DNA from: Methylophilaceae bacterium
GTDB lineage: Bacteria; Pseudomonadota; Gammaproteobacteria; Burkholderiales; Methylophilaceae
Direction of reading: 5' to 3'
DNA: 64,000 bases
Assembly: GCA_038924905.1 (NCBI GenBank)
Contig: JBCKUK010000005.1
Span: 2,266 to 66,265 of the forward strand
The translations under genes and the position numbers were made by a program. How positions within the stretch are numbered: position 1 is the first letter of the stretch; every line of letters starts with the position of its first letter. The notes under the pieces were generated by a model, which was not told the origin of the DNA, made no database searches, and saw only the letters and a program-made list of their open reading frames with translations. Positions 38,937-47,822 of this stretch are shown here, in pieces.

Positions 38937-39311
38937 ATGACGACAACTACTGATATTAACGATTATGAGGCAATAACCAATCTAATCACAAACCACTACT
39001 TAAAAGGCGCAATTTCAGGAAAAGGTTCTGAAATGAAGCCTTCGTTCCATGAGGATGCAACATGGTTTGGTTATGTTGGATCTGACTTAGTTGCAGGTCC
39101 AATTCAATCTTTATTTGATTGGCATGATTCAAATGGCGCTGCTAAAGATTTAGTTTATAACATATCAAAAATAGAAATCGTTGGTTCAATAGCAAATGTG
39201 AGAGTTGAACTAGACAACTGGACAGGGAATCGTTTCACTGATTTTCTTAACCTCTTAAAAGTAGATGGCAAGTGGAAAGTGATGAACAAGGTCTTTTATT
39301 TGCATGGTTAG
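38937..39311 (+). CDS. NTF2-fold (SnoaL/lumazine-binding-like) small protein
   Basis: GGAGAAG lies upstream of ATG 38937. The pattern ...HYLKGAISGKGSEMKPSFHEDATWFGY...VDGKWKVMNKVF is typical of NTF2-like proteins. The segment is AT-rich. Confidence 0.6.
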   Translation: MTTTTDINDYEAITNLITNHYLKGAISGKGSEMKPSFHEDATWFGYVGSDLVAGPIQSLFDWHDSNGAAKDLVYNISKIEIVGSIANVRVELDNWTGNRFTDFLNLLKVDGKWKVMNKVFYLHG

Positions 39312-39424
39312 TACCATTTTAAAAAGCTAAGTTTCAATTAGGAGATAACTCAGTATTGGTTAGCTATCTAATTGGACGTCATAAGTTAATAAATCTCCCT
39401 CCACTGTGTATCGCAAAATCACTT

Positions 39425-39587
39425 CAAGCCTGACGCAAGATAATGACGCGTTTGCTGTTGCGGCTTGGGGGCAGGGTAGGCAGCGCCCCAATCGCTTGCG
39501 TATGGACCACCGTGAATCCGAGCTGGGCGAATTTTGCGGCACCGTTCCCTGAAATTTCACCCTCCGAAATTTTCGTGCAATTTTACT
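39425..39587 (+). repeat. direct repeat copy B
   Basis: See copy A. It lies between the NTF2-like gene and the 3' end of the methyltransferase gene. Confidence 0.85.
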
Positions 39588-39724
39588 TTTACCACCAACT
39601 GCCGCACCCGACGACGCGACGCCGGCAAAATACCGCACAAACTCATGTGGTATATGCAAAGCGACGAAAGCGTCGAGTGCGGTGATGATTTTAAAAGCTT
39701 TCCAAGTTGCACCCTGCTCACCTG

Positions 39725-41146
39725 TCAATGCCGGAGTAAATGTGTACCAAATAGCGCGTTAAAAGTGTACCAATCCAGGTTAATAAATAGAGCCGTTTGA
39801 TCTAGTTCTCCGCGAGCGTTGGTAAGCCAAACCACCTCACCAAATCTCTGATACCGGGATAATTTTTGAAATAGATCCAAATTTAGGGACGACGCTCTGG
39901 GAATTACTAGACTACCTTTTGAATGTGATGCCATGTGCGAATATGCTATGAAATGAATATCATCTATCTGGCTTGGCCAATTAGCAATGAAGAAGGAGAT
40001 CCGCTCTTGTCGAGTTAGGATACTAATTGCGGTGGATTGATTTACGGTTGCGAACTTTCGCTGGCCTTCGTCGATTAGATAGACTCCATGCAGCAGCTTG
40101 TTCTCTACGATAAATTTTCTTAGAGCGCTGCCATCTGTTCCAGACATCCATGAATCCGGTGAGATGATAGCTAGGCTTGCCCCACGCAACACAAGCTCAG
40201 CACAAACACGATAAAAAAGTTTTGAAAGCTCTGGAATGCCTTTTTCATTAGAGAAGAAGTGATATTGCTGCTTAAGGCGACTGGCAATGGATGAAATTGA
40301 TTTATGCAGATCAGTGATAGATGCTTGCGTGCCATTTTTTCCACTAGTCCAGGCGGTTTCACTATTTGTTGCGCGATCAGATGTAATTCGAAGGCGGCCA
40401 TAAGGGGGATTAATTATTATGTTCAGACAATCCGAAATACCTAATATCGGCTCGCTCATCATTGTCTCGATACCATCACCGATCCGAACCTCAATCTCGC
40501 CATGATAGCCTGTAAGTTCAGCTACTCTTTGTAGTAGGTGAGTTGCCCATCTTGCCAATGTTTCGTCTAGCTCAACCCCTATCACCTTCTTGTATCGCCC
40601 GGGCGGTGAAAGCATGAGTGCGGAGCACAATAGCGCGCCACTCCCCACGCAAGGGTCGAGAAGAGTCTCTGCACTACACTTATTTAATTCCTCTACCATT
40701 AGGGAACATATGTCAGGTGGAGTAAAGAAAGTTCCAAAGTGTTTTGCCACCGACAAATTTTTGATCGGCTTGAGTGGAGTTGCTGGATCAAAGAAGATGT
40801 AATACGTTTGTTCAATGACTTTAGATCCAAGAAAGGCCACAACGGTTGGGTCATCGAGCATCAGGACGTGGTCGTTCAGAACACTGGCAGTGACTAAGAC
40901 ATTGAACGCCAGAGCATCACGCCCACTAGGTAGGGGTAGTATTTCACTGTATGGTATGAAGTGGCTAGAAATTGACGTGCCTGCATTAGCTTGCCAATTA
41001 GTGCTAGCCAACTGCTCGGCTGCTGCTTTACGCAGAGCTAATGCCCGCTTCTCGATGTCCGGCATATTAATATCGCGGAAATTCTTTTTGAAATTCACTG
41101 AGTTCGACGAGCCAGTGGGTGCGCTATTTTTGTTCTTGCGAATCAC
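39725..41146 (-). CDS. gamma-class N6-adenine DNA methyltransferase (orphan; no nuclease partner in view)
   Basis: Motif I LLDPCVGSGALL precedes motif IV IIINPPYG. GTG start overlaps the stop of the upstream small ORF (GTGA). The ~130-aa N-terminal region has no recognisable motif. Confidence 0.8.
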   Translation of the reverse strand: MIRKNKNSAPTGSSNSVNFKKNFRDINMPDIEKRALALRKAAAEQLASTNWQANAGTSISSHFIPYSEILPLPSGRDALAFNVLVTASVLNDHVLMLDDPTVVAFLGSKVIEQTYYIFFDPATPLKPIKNLSVAKHFGTFFTPPDICSLMVEELNKCSAETLLDPCVGSGALLCSALMLSPPGRYKKVIGVELDETLARWATHLLQRVAELTGYHGEIEVRIGDGIETMMSEPILGISDCLNIIINPPYGRLRITSDRATNSETAWTSGKNGTQASITDLHKSISSIASRLKQQYHFFSNEKGIPELSKLFYRVCAELVLRGASLAIISPDSWMSGTDGSALRKFIVENKLLHGVYLIDEGQRKFATVNQSTAISILTRQERISFFIANWPSQIDDIHFIAYSHMASHSKGSLVIPRASSLNLDLFQKLSRYQRFGEVVWLTNARGELDQTALFINLDWYTFNALFGTHLLRH

Positions 41147-41322
41147 TTTCTCTCCTCATTCCACTTTTGCTCATTTGGCATCGTTGCCATATACCGTTCT
41201 GCCTCACGAAGGAACCACATTTTTAATGACATTCCGTCCATCGCTAAGGTAGCGTAGAGATGCCTTTTAAAATTAGGATCAACTTCGAGAACAATCCTAC
41301 CGCTTGATCCGATGCTCATCAT
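41143..41322 (-). CDS. 59-aa RHH/CopG-like small protein, translationally coupled to the methyltransferase (controller-like)
   Basis: Not in the ORF track (under 60 aa). GGAG lies 4 nt upstream of the ATG. The sequence MMSIGSSGRIVLEVDPNFKRHLYATLAMDGMSLKMWFLREAERY fits a beta-strand plus two helices. Confidence 0.55.
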   Translation of the reverse strand: MMSIGSSGRIVLEVDPNFKRHLYATLAMDGMSLKMWFLREAERYMATMPNEQKWNEERK

Positions 41323-41330
41323 ATTTCTCC

Positions 41331-41360
41331 TGTTATGTAATATATGTTATGTTACATAAC
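41331..41360 (-). promoter_or_regulatory. operator-like repeats upstream of the RHH-methyltransferase pair
   Basis: Inverted repeat GTTATGTAA...TTACATAAC plus direct repeat TGTTATGTAA/TGTTATGTTA, immediately 5' of the RBS. Confidence 0.45.
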
Positions 41361-41494
41361 AAGTGGGGTGAGACCTAATTAATTATCAATATTGGCATGC
41401 TACGGCAATCCAAAAATAATCGCTGCGTAGTTTCGACCCAATACCGACGTTAATATCCTAGACACCGCAGCGTGGTCTATACCGCGACTCCCTT

Positions 41495-41529
41495 GAAAAA
41501 GCAAAAAGCCAGAGTGCAGAACTCTGGCT
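41495..41529 (-). terminator. hairpin terminator downstream of tRNA-Phe
   Basis: Minus strand reads AGCCAGAGT-tctgc-ACTCTGGCT followed by TTTTTGCTTTTT. Confidence 0.6.
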
Positions 41530-41586
41530 AGTTGCTTGTTATTGGTGGGCTCCACAGCATAACCACAGGAGTCTTCTAGAATTTTC

Positions 41587-41662
<76 letters not shown>

Positions 41663-41820
41663 AGCTTGTGCGGGCGCTAAGCTCTCGCAAGTCGCGCATT
41701 ATAGCAAACTTCATCGACTCATGGCATGCCGACCTCGCCACATTTGATATGCGAGATACCGTAAAAAAACAGGTTTAAAAACGATGTGTTCAGACATGAT
41801 GAAAGTTTAAATTTACCTGT

Positions 41821-41859
41821 AAAAAGGCCACCCAAAGTAATATTTTGGGTGGCCTTTTT
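41821..41859. terminator. bidirectional rho-independent terminator after the btuB operon
   Basis: AAAAAGGCCACCCAAA-gtaatat-TTTGGGTGGCCTTTTT. Confidence 0.8.
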
Positions 41860-41874
41860 ACAGGTAATAATGAC

Positions 41875-42450
41875 TTAAGCTCTTGCTGGTTTTTTAATGT
41901 TGAGCCTGCGCAAAGCTTGAGCGGCCGCCCAAACAATGCCGAAATACATGGCAGTAAAGCCCAAATAACCTGGCAGGTATTCCCAACCATGTTTCATCGA
42001 TTCAATTACGCCTGCATCGGGGAAGCGGCCTGAGAACAAATAGTAGGTCTGTGTGGATATCACAAAAGCTGACAGCGTTGTGATGAGTGCTGTGAATGCA
42101 TAAGTCAGGGCTGAGAAAGCATCATTTTTCTTGGCCAGCCAGCGCCCACCCAGCCACATAGCACCATATGCGGGTATCAAGCCCCAATAACCATTGGTCA
42201 GACAAAACCCCTGTGCCGGATCAAATGCGGCGGCGCCAAAATCAATCACCGTAGCTAATACAAAGAGCGCTGCAAACCACCCAGCACGTTTTAAAAATAA
42301 TCCACCCAGCAAGAACAACACCAAGCTTGCATCAGGTAGCGACACTTGTGTTAATACGTGGCTACCGCGAGTAAGCAACATAAAAAATGCGATTGCTCCG
42401 GCTATACCAAAGTGTTTGGCAGAAGGCAGGTTTTTTGATAAAGCGTTCAT
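41875..42450 (-). CDS. six-TM membrane protein, candidate BtuM-like (solitary ECF S-component type) cobalamin transporter
   Basis: Co-operonic with btuB behind a cobalamin riboswitch. About 191 aa from ATG 42450 (GGAG 7 nt upstream), very hydrophobic. A single Cys (AQGFCLTNGYWG) and an early His (RGSHV) occur at positions similar to those I recall as functional in BtuM. Confidence 0.5.
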   Translation of the reverse strand: MNALSKNLPSAKHFGIAGAIAFFMLLTRGSHVLTQVSLPDASLVLFLLGGLFLKRAGWFAALFVLATVIDFGAAAFDPAQGFCLTNGYWGLIPAYGAMWLGGRWLAKKNDAFSALTYAFTALITTLSAFVISTQTYYLFSGRFPDAGVIESMKHGWEYLPGYLGFTAMYFGIVWAAAQALRRLNIKKPARA

Positions 42451-42510
42451 TGCATATCTCCAGATAAAAGCGCTATAACCTACAGCGCATTTCAAACTTT
42501 GTTAATCATA

Positions 42511-44346
42511 TCATTTTGGCTCATAGCGTATGTTTACAAATAAATTTGAACCAGGGGTGTCATACACAAAGCCGCCAGCGGCAGGATCGCCGTCAAATGC
42601 CAGCGCATATTGCTTATCAAACAGGTTGTTTACGCGTGCCTGCAATTTCCAGTCAGGATTAATCTTATAGTCAGCGGTTACATTAAAAATCGTGTAGCCG
42701 TCAAGGCGTTGATTATTAGCGGCGTCATTATAACGTGCAGAGGACGCAATTGCCTCAGCACCAAAACGCCAGTCACCCCAGTCATGACTCAGGTTTGCAC
42801 TGGCATGACGATTTGCGCGACGTACCAATAAATTATCGGTTTCTTTGTCTCTCGGGGATTGCACATCCACGCTACCTTTTAACTGCCAATTATCCCAGCG
42901 CTGAGTGCCAGCTAAGGTTAAACCCCGGATGCGCGCCTCGTTAACATTAAAAACAAAAGGGGGCAGAAAATCTAGTGCAATTAAATCTTTGATCTTGTTT
43001 TCGTAAAAGGTTAACGACGCACTATTTTGAGAGGTTTCGTAACGCAGACTTGCCTCAAGGCTACGTGATTTTTCTGGCTTCAGATTAGGATTACTAAAAC
43101 CTGGATAATATAAATCGTTAAAACTTGGGGCTTTGAAAGCTGTCCCATAGCTGCCGGTTACGCGCCAATTTTCATTAAAGCTATAGCCATAGCCTAATCC
43201 GCCAGTATCGTTTGTTCCAAAACTTGAATTGTGATCGCTACGATAGTTGGCTTGCAGGGAATGTGAGCCTAAATTCACCAGATAACCTATCAGGAAGCCG
43301 TCGTTATTACGGCTGTTTTTATCAAATGTGGTGGTTGATGAAACACGCTCTTCTAATCGGTCATACAGTAGGGTGAGTGTACCTAGCGGCAAGTTGATGT
43401 CATTTTGCCAGGAATATTGGCGCTGCTTTGTTCTAAACAGGCTACGACCAAATTCCTGAAAACTGACCGATTCATCTAAGCCCTCCCCCAGACGTAAGGT
43501 AGAAAGCCAATTGGAAGTGAATTGGTTGTGGCTGATAACTGCATAGCTTAGTTGGGTTAAATCAGCGTTATCAGAAAAATTTGTGGCATTGAATCTGCTG
43601 TCAAAACTAGTATGGCCCACACTACTTAAGAATTGCACCACAATATCATGGCCTTGCACTATTTGATGAGAAACCGAACCAGAAACAGCCAAATTGCGAT
43701 AACCATCCTTGTCTTTAAATTGCGGATTGCTGGTCTTGTAAGCAGAGAATCCCTGTGTATCAGAACTCGAAACATTTAAAGAGAAACTGGTATCTTTAGC
43801 ACTGCCACGCACACCAGCTTCTGCTGTTTTTGTGTCATAAGTACCATAACCCGCGCTTGCGTAAAAGCGCGGCTTACCTTCACCTTTTTTAGTAAAAATT
43901 TGAATAACGCCTCCAATTGCATCTGCGCCATAAAGGCTGGAAGCAGGGCCACGCACGATCTCTATTTTTTCAATTTGTGCGAGCGGAAGGTTTTCAAATG
44001 CGGTAATGCCTGCGGTTGCAGAGTTAATCCGCATACCGTCAATTAGCACCACTAAATGACCCGTGTTGGTTCCACGTAAAAATACGCCTGAGGTTTTGCC
44101 CGCACCGCCGTTACTGGTGATCTCAACGCCAGGCTGAGACTGCAATACTTCAATTAGTGTGGATTGTCCTGCGCGTTCAATTTCTTCGTGAGTAATAACG
44201 GTTACATCAGCAATGACAGTATCTTGAGGTTGAGAAATGCGGCTTGCTGTGACGATTACCTCGTCTGCCTGAATATTGGTTTCTTCGGCAAAGGTAGAGG
44301 GTGAGAAAAGCAAACCAATCAGGCTTGCGATAGCAGTCTTGTTCAT
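42511..44346 (-). CDS. btuB: TonB-dependent vitamin B12 outer-membrane receptor
   Basis: Signal peptide, TonB box DEVIVTASR, plug motifs (GVEITSNGGAGKTSGVFLRGT, IEIVRGPASSLYGADAIGGVIQIFTKKG), and a cobalamin riboswitch upstream. Confidence 0.88.
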   Translation of the reverse strand: MNKTAIASLIGLLFSPSTFAEETNIQADEVIVTASRISQPQDTVIADVTVITHEEIERAGQSTLIEVLQSQPGVEITSNGGAGKTSGVFLRGTNTGHLVVLIDGMRINSATAGITAFENLPLAQIEKIEIVRGPASSLYGADAIGGVIQIFTKKGEGKPRFYASAGYGTYDTKTAEAGVRGSAKDTSFSLNVSSSDTQGFSAYKTSNPQFKDKDGYRNLAVSGSVSHQIVQGHDIVVQFLSSVGHTSFDSRFNATNFSDNADLTQLSYAVISHNQFTSNWLSTLRLGEGLDESVSFQEFGRSLFRTKQRQYSWQNDINLPLGTLTLLYDRLEERVSSTTTFDKNSRNNDGFLIGYLVNLGSHSLQANYRSDHNSSFGTNDTGGLGYGYSFNENWRVTGSYGTAFKAPSFNDLYYPGFSNPNLKPEKSRSLEASLRYETSQNSASLTFYENKIKDLIALDFLPPFVFNVNEARIRGLTLAGTQRWDNWQLKGSVDVQSPRDKETDNLLVRRANRHASANLSHDWGDWRFGAEAIASSARYNDAANNQRLDGYTIFNVTADYKINPDWKLQARVNNLFDKQYALAFDGDPAAGGFVYDTPGSNLFVNIRYEPK

Positions 44347-44469
44347 AGAATTTCCTTAACAACATGCGACCCCGCATGTTTTGGTTAACATAAGGAAATA
44401 CCGAAGAAAAAACAGAACGGAACGAAAGCCGGAGAAAAGGCATTGCGTCACGAAAACCGTCACCCCGCG

Positions 44470-44660
44470 GCATTTCCAGGCAGAGTTGTGTAGGCCGGTC
44501 TCCGGGCTCACAAGATTTGGTTCATCGCCTTCCCAAGCATTACTACTGCTCAGTGGCGTGATGATGAACCCACGCTTGTTTACCGTTGCGGGGGCAGCAC
44601 AGGCATTGTTTTAGTAAAAACGCACCTGTTTCCCAGTTTCACCTAACCGCAGATATGAAT
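44470..44660 (-). promoter_or_regulatory. cobalamin (AdoCbl) riboswitch
   Basis: Minus strand shows GGTGAAACTGGGAAACAGGTGCG, GCTGCCCCCGCAACGGTAA, GCCACTGAGC, GGGAAGGCG and the B12 box AGCCCGGAGACCGGCC in canonical order upstream of btuB. Confidence 0.85.
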
Positions 44661-44789
44661 AAAAAACTGCGGTGTCGGAACCTGACAACTTGTACCAATT
44701 ATATGTTACCAGGCGCAAGATTGGCAAAACAGTTTTTGTGGCGGTTTCAGATAAGGTGTTGTAACACTTTCAAAAAATAAGCTTAATAG

Positions 44790-44819
44790 TTGACTATACG
44801 GGGTTTTTCAAATTATAGT
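44790..44819 (+). promoter_or_regulatory. candidate sigma70 promoter placing the transcription start at or next to the ATG of the zapA-upstream ORF
   Basis: TTGACT, 18 nt, then TATAGT. Only 6 nt lie between the -10 and ATG 44826, and there is no Shine-Dalgarno. Confidence 0.3.
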
Positions 44820-44825
44820 GGCACC

Positions 44826-45059
44826 ATGGATGCTGCTGATTTAAAAGCCTTGGAAGATAAATTAATGCAACTAATTGCATTGTGTCAGTTGCTACGCTCG
44901 GAAAATATCGAGTTGCGGCAGAACCTTGCGCAGGCGCAAGATGACACCAAGCAGCTCAAGGACAGCATGACCAAAGCCAGCACCCGCCTGGGAGCCTTGA
45001 TAGAGCAATTGCCACAAGATGCTGATAGCCATAGTGTTTTGGGCAGGGAAGCATCGTGA
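44826..45059 (+). CDS. small coiled-coil protein commonly found upstream of zapA
   Basis: 77 aa with a heptad-rich sequence (LEDKLMQLIALCQLLRSENIELRQNLAQAQ). GTGA overlap with zapA. Confidence 0.6.
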   Translation: MDAADLKALEDKLMQLIALCQLLRSENIELRQNLAQAQDDTKQLKDSMTKASTRLGALIEQLPQDADSHSVLGREAS

Positions 45060-45346
45060 GCGAAGTGCGCGGCGTGGATGTTAGCATCATGGGACGTGAA
45101 TTTACCGTCTCATGCACTGATGAAGAGCGCCCCGGGCTAATGGCAGCATGCAACTACATAGACAAGAAAATGCGTGATATACGTGATAGTGGCAAAGTTG
45201 TAGGGGTAGAACGCATTGCGGTGATGGCCGCACTGAACTTGGCTCACGAGCTTTTAACCACGCAAAGTGGTGAATTTGACATCGGTGATTTCAAGCGTAG
45301 AATCATTGTGATGCAGGATCAAATTGATGGGGCACTGGCGGAGTAA
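45056..45346 (+). CDS. zapA: cell division protein ZapA
   Basis: VDVSIMGREFTVSCTDEERPGLMAACNYIDKKMRDIRDSGKVVGVERIAVMAALNLAHELL is typical ZapA. Confidence 0.85.
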   Translation: MSEVRGVDVSIMGREFTVSCTDEERPGLMAACNYIDKKMRDIRDSGKVVGVERIAVMAALNLAHELLTTQSGEFDIGDFKRRIIVMQDQIDGALAE

Positions 45347-45404
45347 AATCCGTTGTTTTTGGTTCCTCATCACTAGTTAAGCCAGTCACTCTAGTCTTTC
45401 CGGT

Positions 45405-45606
45405 TTGTTCCCTGCGATGTTACTTAAGCTAATAATTCCTTGAACTAGCTTTTGGCATCGGTTGCGGTTAATCGGGTTGCGGTGTGCGCGCTCCAAGTTG
45501 GGTGTTCTTATAAGACACCTCTGGCGAGTGTGCCTAAAGCGCTTTAGGCTGCTACCACTTGAACTTTTTGGTTCAGGATGCTGGCTTAGGTGGTATTCGC
45601 AGGGAC
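45405..45606 (+). ncRNA. ssrS: 6S RNA
   Basis: Conserved position right after zapA. A long closing helix (TCCCTGCGATGTTACTTAAGC pairs with GCTTAGGTGGTATTCGCAGGGA) encloses ~160 nt. A terminator-like hairpin GGACAT-ttattc-ATGTCC plus T-run lies at the 3' end. Confidence 0.7.
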
Positions 45607-45636
45607 ATTTATTCATGTCCAGTTTTAATTGATGGG

Positions 45637-45996
45637 TTACCTTAGTGCGTGATATTTAAGGTCAGCCAGACTTACAATTTCCAGTGCTTTTTCATGTGTG
45701 GATTCCAGAATGACGGGTGGCGCCATGCCAGCCTCTGTCGCCTCGTGCCAGCGCAAGGCACACAGACACCAGCGGTCACCCGGCTTCAAGCCATCAAAAG
45801 CATATTGTGGACGAGCCGTACTTAAATCATTGCCCCGTAATTTAGAAAACACCAAAAACTCTTCGGTCACCTGAACGCATACGGTATGGCTGCCAGTATC
45901 TTCTGGACCGGTTTCACAGCAACCGGTGCGAGTAAAGCCAGTCAGCGGATTGCGGCTGCAAAGCTGCAATTCAGTACTCAAAACGTTGCGTGCCAT
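45637..45996 (-). CDS. DUF2237 family protein
   Basis: NPLTGFTRTGCCETGPEDTGSHTVC and RWCLCALRW motifs. Confidence 0.75.
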   Translation of the reverse strand: MARNVLSTELQLCSRNPLTGFTRTGCCETGPEDTGSHTVCVQVTEEFLVFSKLRGNDLSTARPQYAFDGLKPGDRWCLCALRWHEATEAGMAPPVILESTHEKALEIVSLADLKYHALR

Positions 45997-46077
45997 TTTT
46001 ATGCTCTAAAAATTTAATCTGGTCGGGTTATGATACGAGAATCCAACCCTGCTTGAGAAGGTTTTTGAATTTAAATC

Positions 46078-46536
46078 ATGCGCTACTGGTTAATGAAATC
46101 CGAGCCATCGGATGTGTCCATTGATGATCTTGCATCTTTTCCAAATCAATCGATAGATTGGTATGGCGTACGCAATTATCAAGCGCGTAACTTCATGCGC
46201 GATCAAATGCAAGTGGGCGACGGCGTGTTGTTTTATCACTCTAACTGCGACGAGCCAGGCATTGCAGGTATTGCACAAGTGAGCACCCTGGCGTATCCCG
46301 ATCGATTGCAATTTATAAAAGGTCACAAGTATTATGACTCACAAGCCACGCCAGAAACACCACGTTGGTTTAATGTGAATGTGAAGCTTGTGCGCAAGAC
46401 CAGATTATTAAGCTTGAAGGAGATGCGCGGATATCCGGAGCTGACCAATATGCGTACCTTGCAGCGCGGTAATCGCTTATCAATTACACCAGTCGACCCA
46501 AGAGATTGGGAATTTATTATTAAGAAACTGCAATAA
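46078..46536 (+). CDS. EVE (PUA-like) domain protein
   Basis: MRYWLMKSEPSDVSIDDL, WYGVRNYQARNFMR and GDGVLFYHSNC are typical EVE motifs. Confidence 0.8.
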   Translation: MRYWLMKSEPSDVSIDDLASFPNQSIDWYGVRNYQARNFMRDQMQVGDGVLFYHSNCDEPGIAGIAQVSTLAYPDRLQFIKGHKYYDSQATPETPRWFNVNVKLVRKTRLLSLKEMRGYPELTNMRTLQRGNRLSITPVDPRDWEFIIKKLQ

Positions 46537-46560
46537 AAAGCCCCGATTTGGGGCTTTTAT
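46537..46560. terminator. bidirectional terminator
   Basis: AAAAGCCCC-gattt-GGGGCTTTT between convergent genes. Confidence 0.75.
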
Positions 46561-46570
46561 TCATACAATA

Positions 46571-47704
46571 CTATTTGAATTTGGCATCCAGACTGCCCAT
46601 GGCCTTGGGGTAAGTCACCAGACCCCAAGGCAAGCCTTTAACTTCAATTTGTTTCGTTACTTCTAATTTATCCACATCAATCACTAATACTTCGTCAGAC
46701 TTGCCGCAGGCTAATAAAATCTGTTTATCATCTGGCGTAAAGGTAAAATGCCAGCAACGGTTGCCAGTGGGGATATCCTTAATTTTTTCATAGGATTTAG
46801 CATCGAATACTTGCAGTACTTTGGCTTTATTCGTTGCTACAAAAATGCGTTCGCCCTTGTGGTCAAAAGCTATTCCATAAGGCGTTTCAGCAGTATCAAC
46901 AGTGCGCAAAAAGTTGAAGTCTTTATCCAGCACCATAATCTTGTTGCCATATTCCAGCGTGGCAAGGTAGGTGTTGCCATCGGGCGATACTTTAATACCG
47001 CGTGGGCGGTCGCCGTACTCGTGCGTTCTGATGGTTTTGATTAAGCTGCCATCGTTAATATTGTGTACGGTGATGGTGTTGTCGGCTTCATTGGTAATCA
47101 CAAGGTTTTTGCCGTCAGCAGAAAACTCAATACCCTCAGTTTCTGGCCCGCCAACAATCTCGCGTATTTTTTTGCCTTGTGTTAAATCCACCACTGCGAT
47201 GCGCGCTGGCTCTGCATCTTTATCATCATCATCTTTTTCTTCTGCCTTATCACCAGGTTTTGGTGGTGGGCCGCTTTTGGCACTGGGTTCAGATGAAATA
47301 TAAGCATAGTTACCATTAACGCGCACAAACTCAGGGTTTTTGCCTACTAAAATTTGTTGCAGCACCTCACCTGTTGCGGTGTCGATAACAGAGATGCTTT
47401 CATTCTCGCGTGTGGCAACAATGAGTTTTTTACCATCTTCGGTGACGCCTAGGCCGCGCGCGCCCAGCGCTTTCACATCAAACTGCTTAACGACGGCCAT
47501 ACTGGCAAGATCAATCACGCTCACGCCCGCATCTTGGCTGGTGACGTAAGCAAGCCCGCTCGATGTTGCGCTGCTAGCCGCCGGTGCCGATTGAGTGGCT
47601 TGTGTATTTTCTGTTTGTTCTTTGCTACAGCCAACCGCACCAGCGACTAAAGCTAGTAGAAGTAAACTGATGCGCGCTCTATTAGATGCAGGTATAAATT
47701 TCAT
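46571..47704 (-). CDS. YVTN/YncE-type beta-propeller lipoprotein
   Basis: Lipobox LVAGAVGC. Repeated ~40-aa blades (VIDLASMAVVKQFDV, VIDTATGEVLQQILVG, and others). It has an acidic insert KAEEKDDDDKDAEP. Confidence 0.65.
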   Translation of the reverse strand: MKFIPASNRARISLLLLALVAGAVGCSKEQTENTQATQSAPAASSATSSGLAYVTSQDAGVSVIDLASMAVVKQFDVKALGARGLGVTEDGKKLIVATRENESISVIDTATGEVLQQILVGKNPEFVRVNGNYAYISSEPSAKSGPPPKPGDKAEEKDDDDKDAEPARIAVVDLTQGKKIREIVGGPETEGIEFSADGKNLVITNEADNTITVHNINDGSLIKTIRTHEYGDRPRGIKVSPDGNTYLATLEYGNKIMVLDKDFNFLRTVDTAETPYGIAFDHKGERIFVATNKAKVLQVFDAKSYEKIKDIPTGNRCWHFTFTPDDKQILLACGKSDEVLVIDVDKLEVTKQIEVKGLPWGLVTYPKAMGSLDAKFK

Positions 47705-47822
47705 TCATTATCTCCAAAGTGTTATCTGACTATAATTAAGCAGATATTTTTATTAGGCTAAGCTTTACTAAACCAATCTATATTGTTTACATAACCAACT
47801 TTAAACAGCCAAATGAAAGTAG

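Noticed and set aside
39520-39560. Possible sigma54 promoter (GGCAC...) inside the direct repeats.
   Set aside because: The GG-N10-GC spacing of the -24/-12 consensus is not met.
39360-39728. 122-aa minus-strand ORF downstream of the methyltransferase.
   Set aside because: It has only a TTG start and reads straight through direct-repeat copy B. Repeat copy A has indels that break the same frame.
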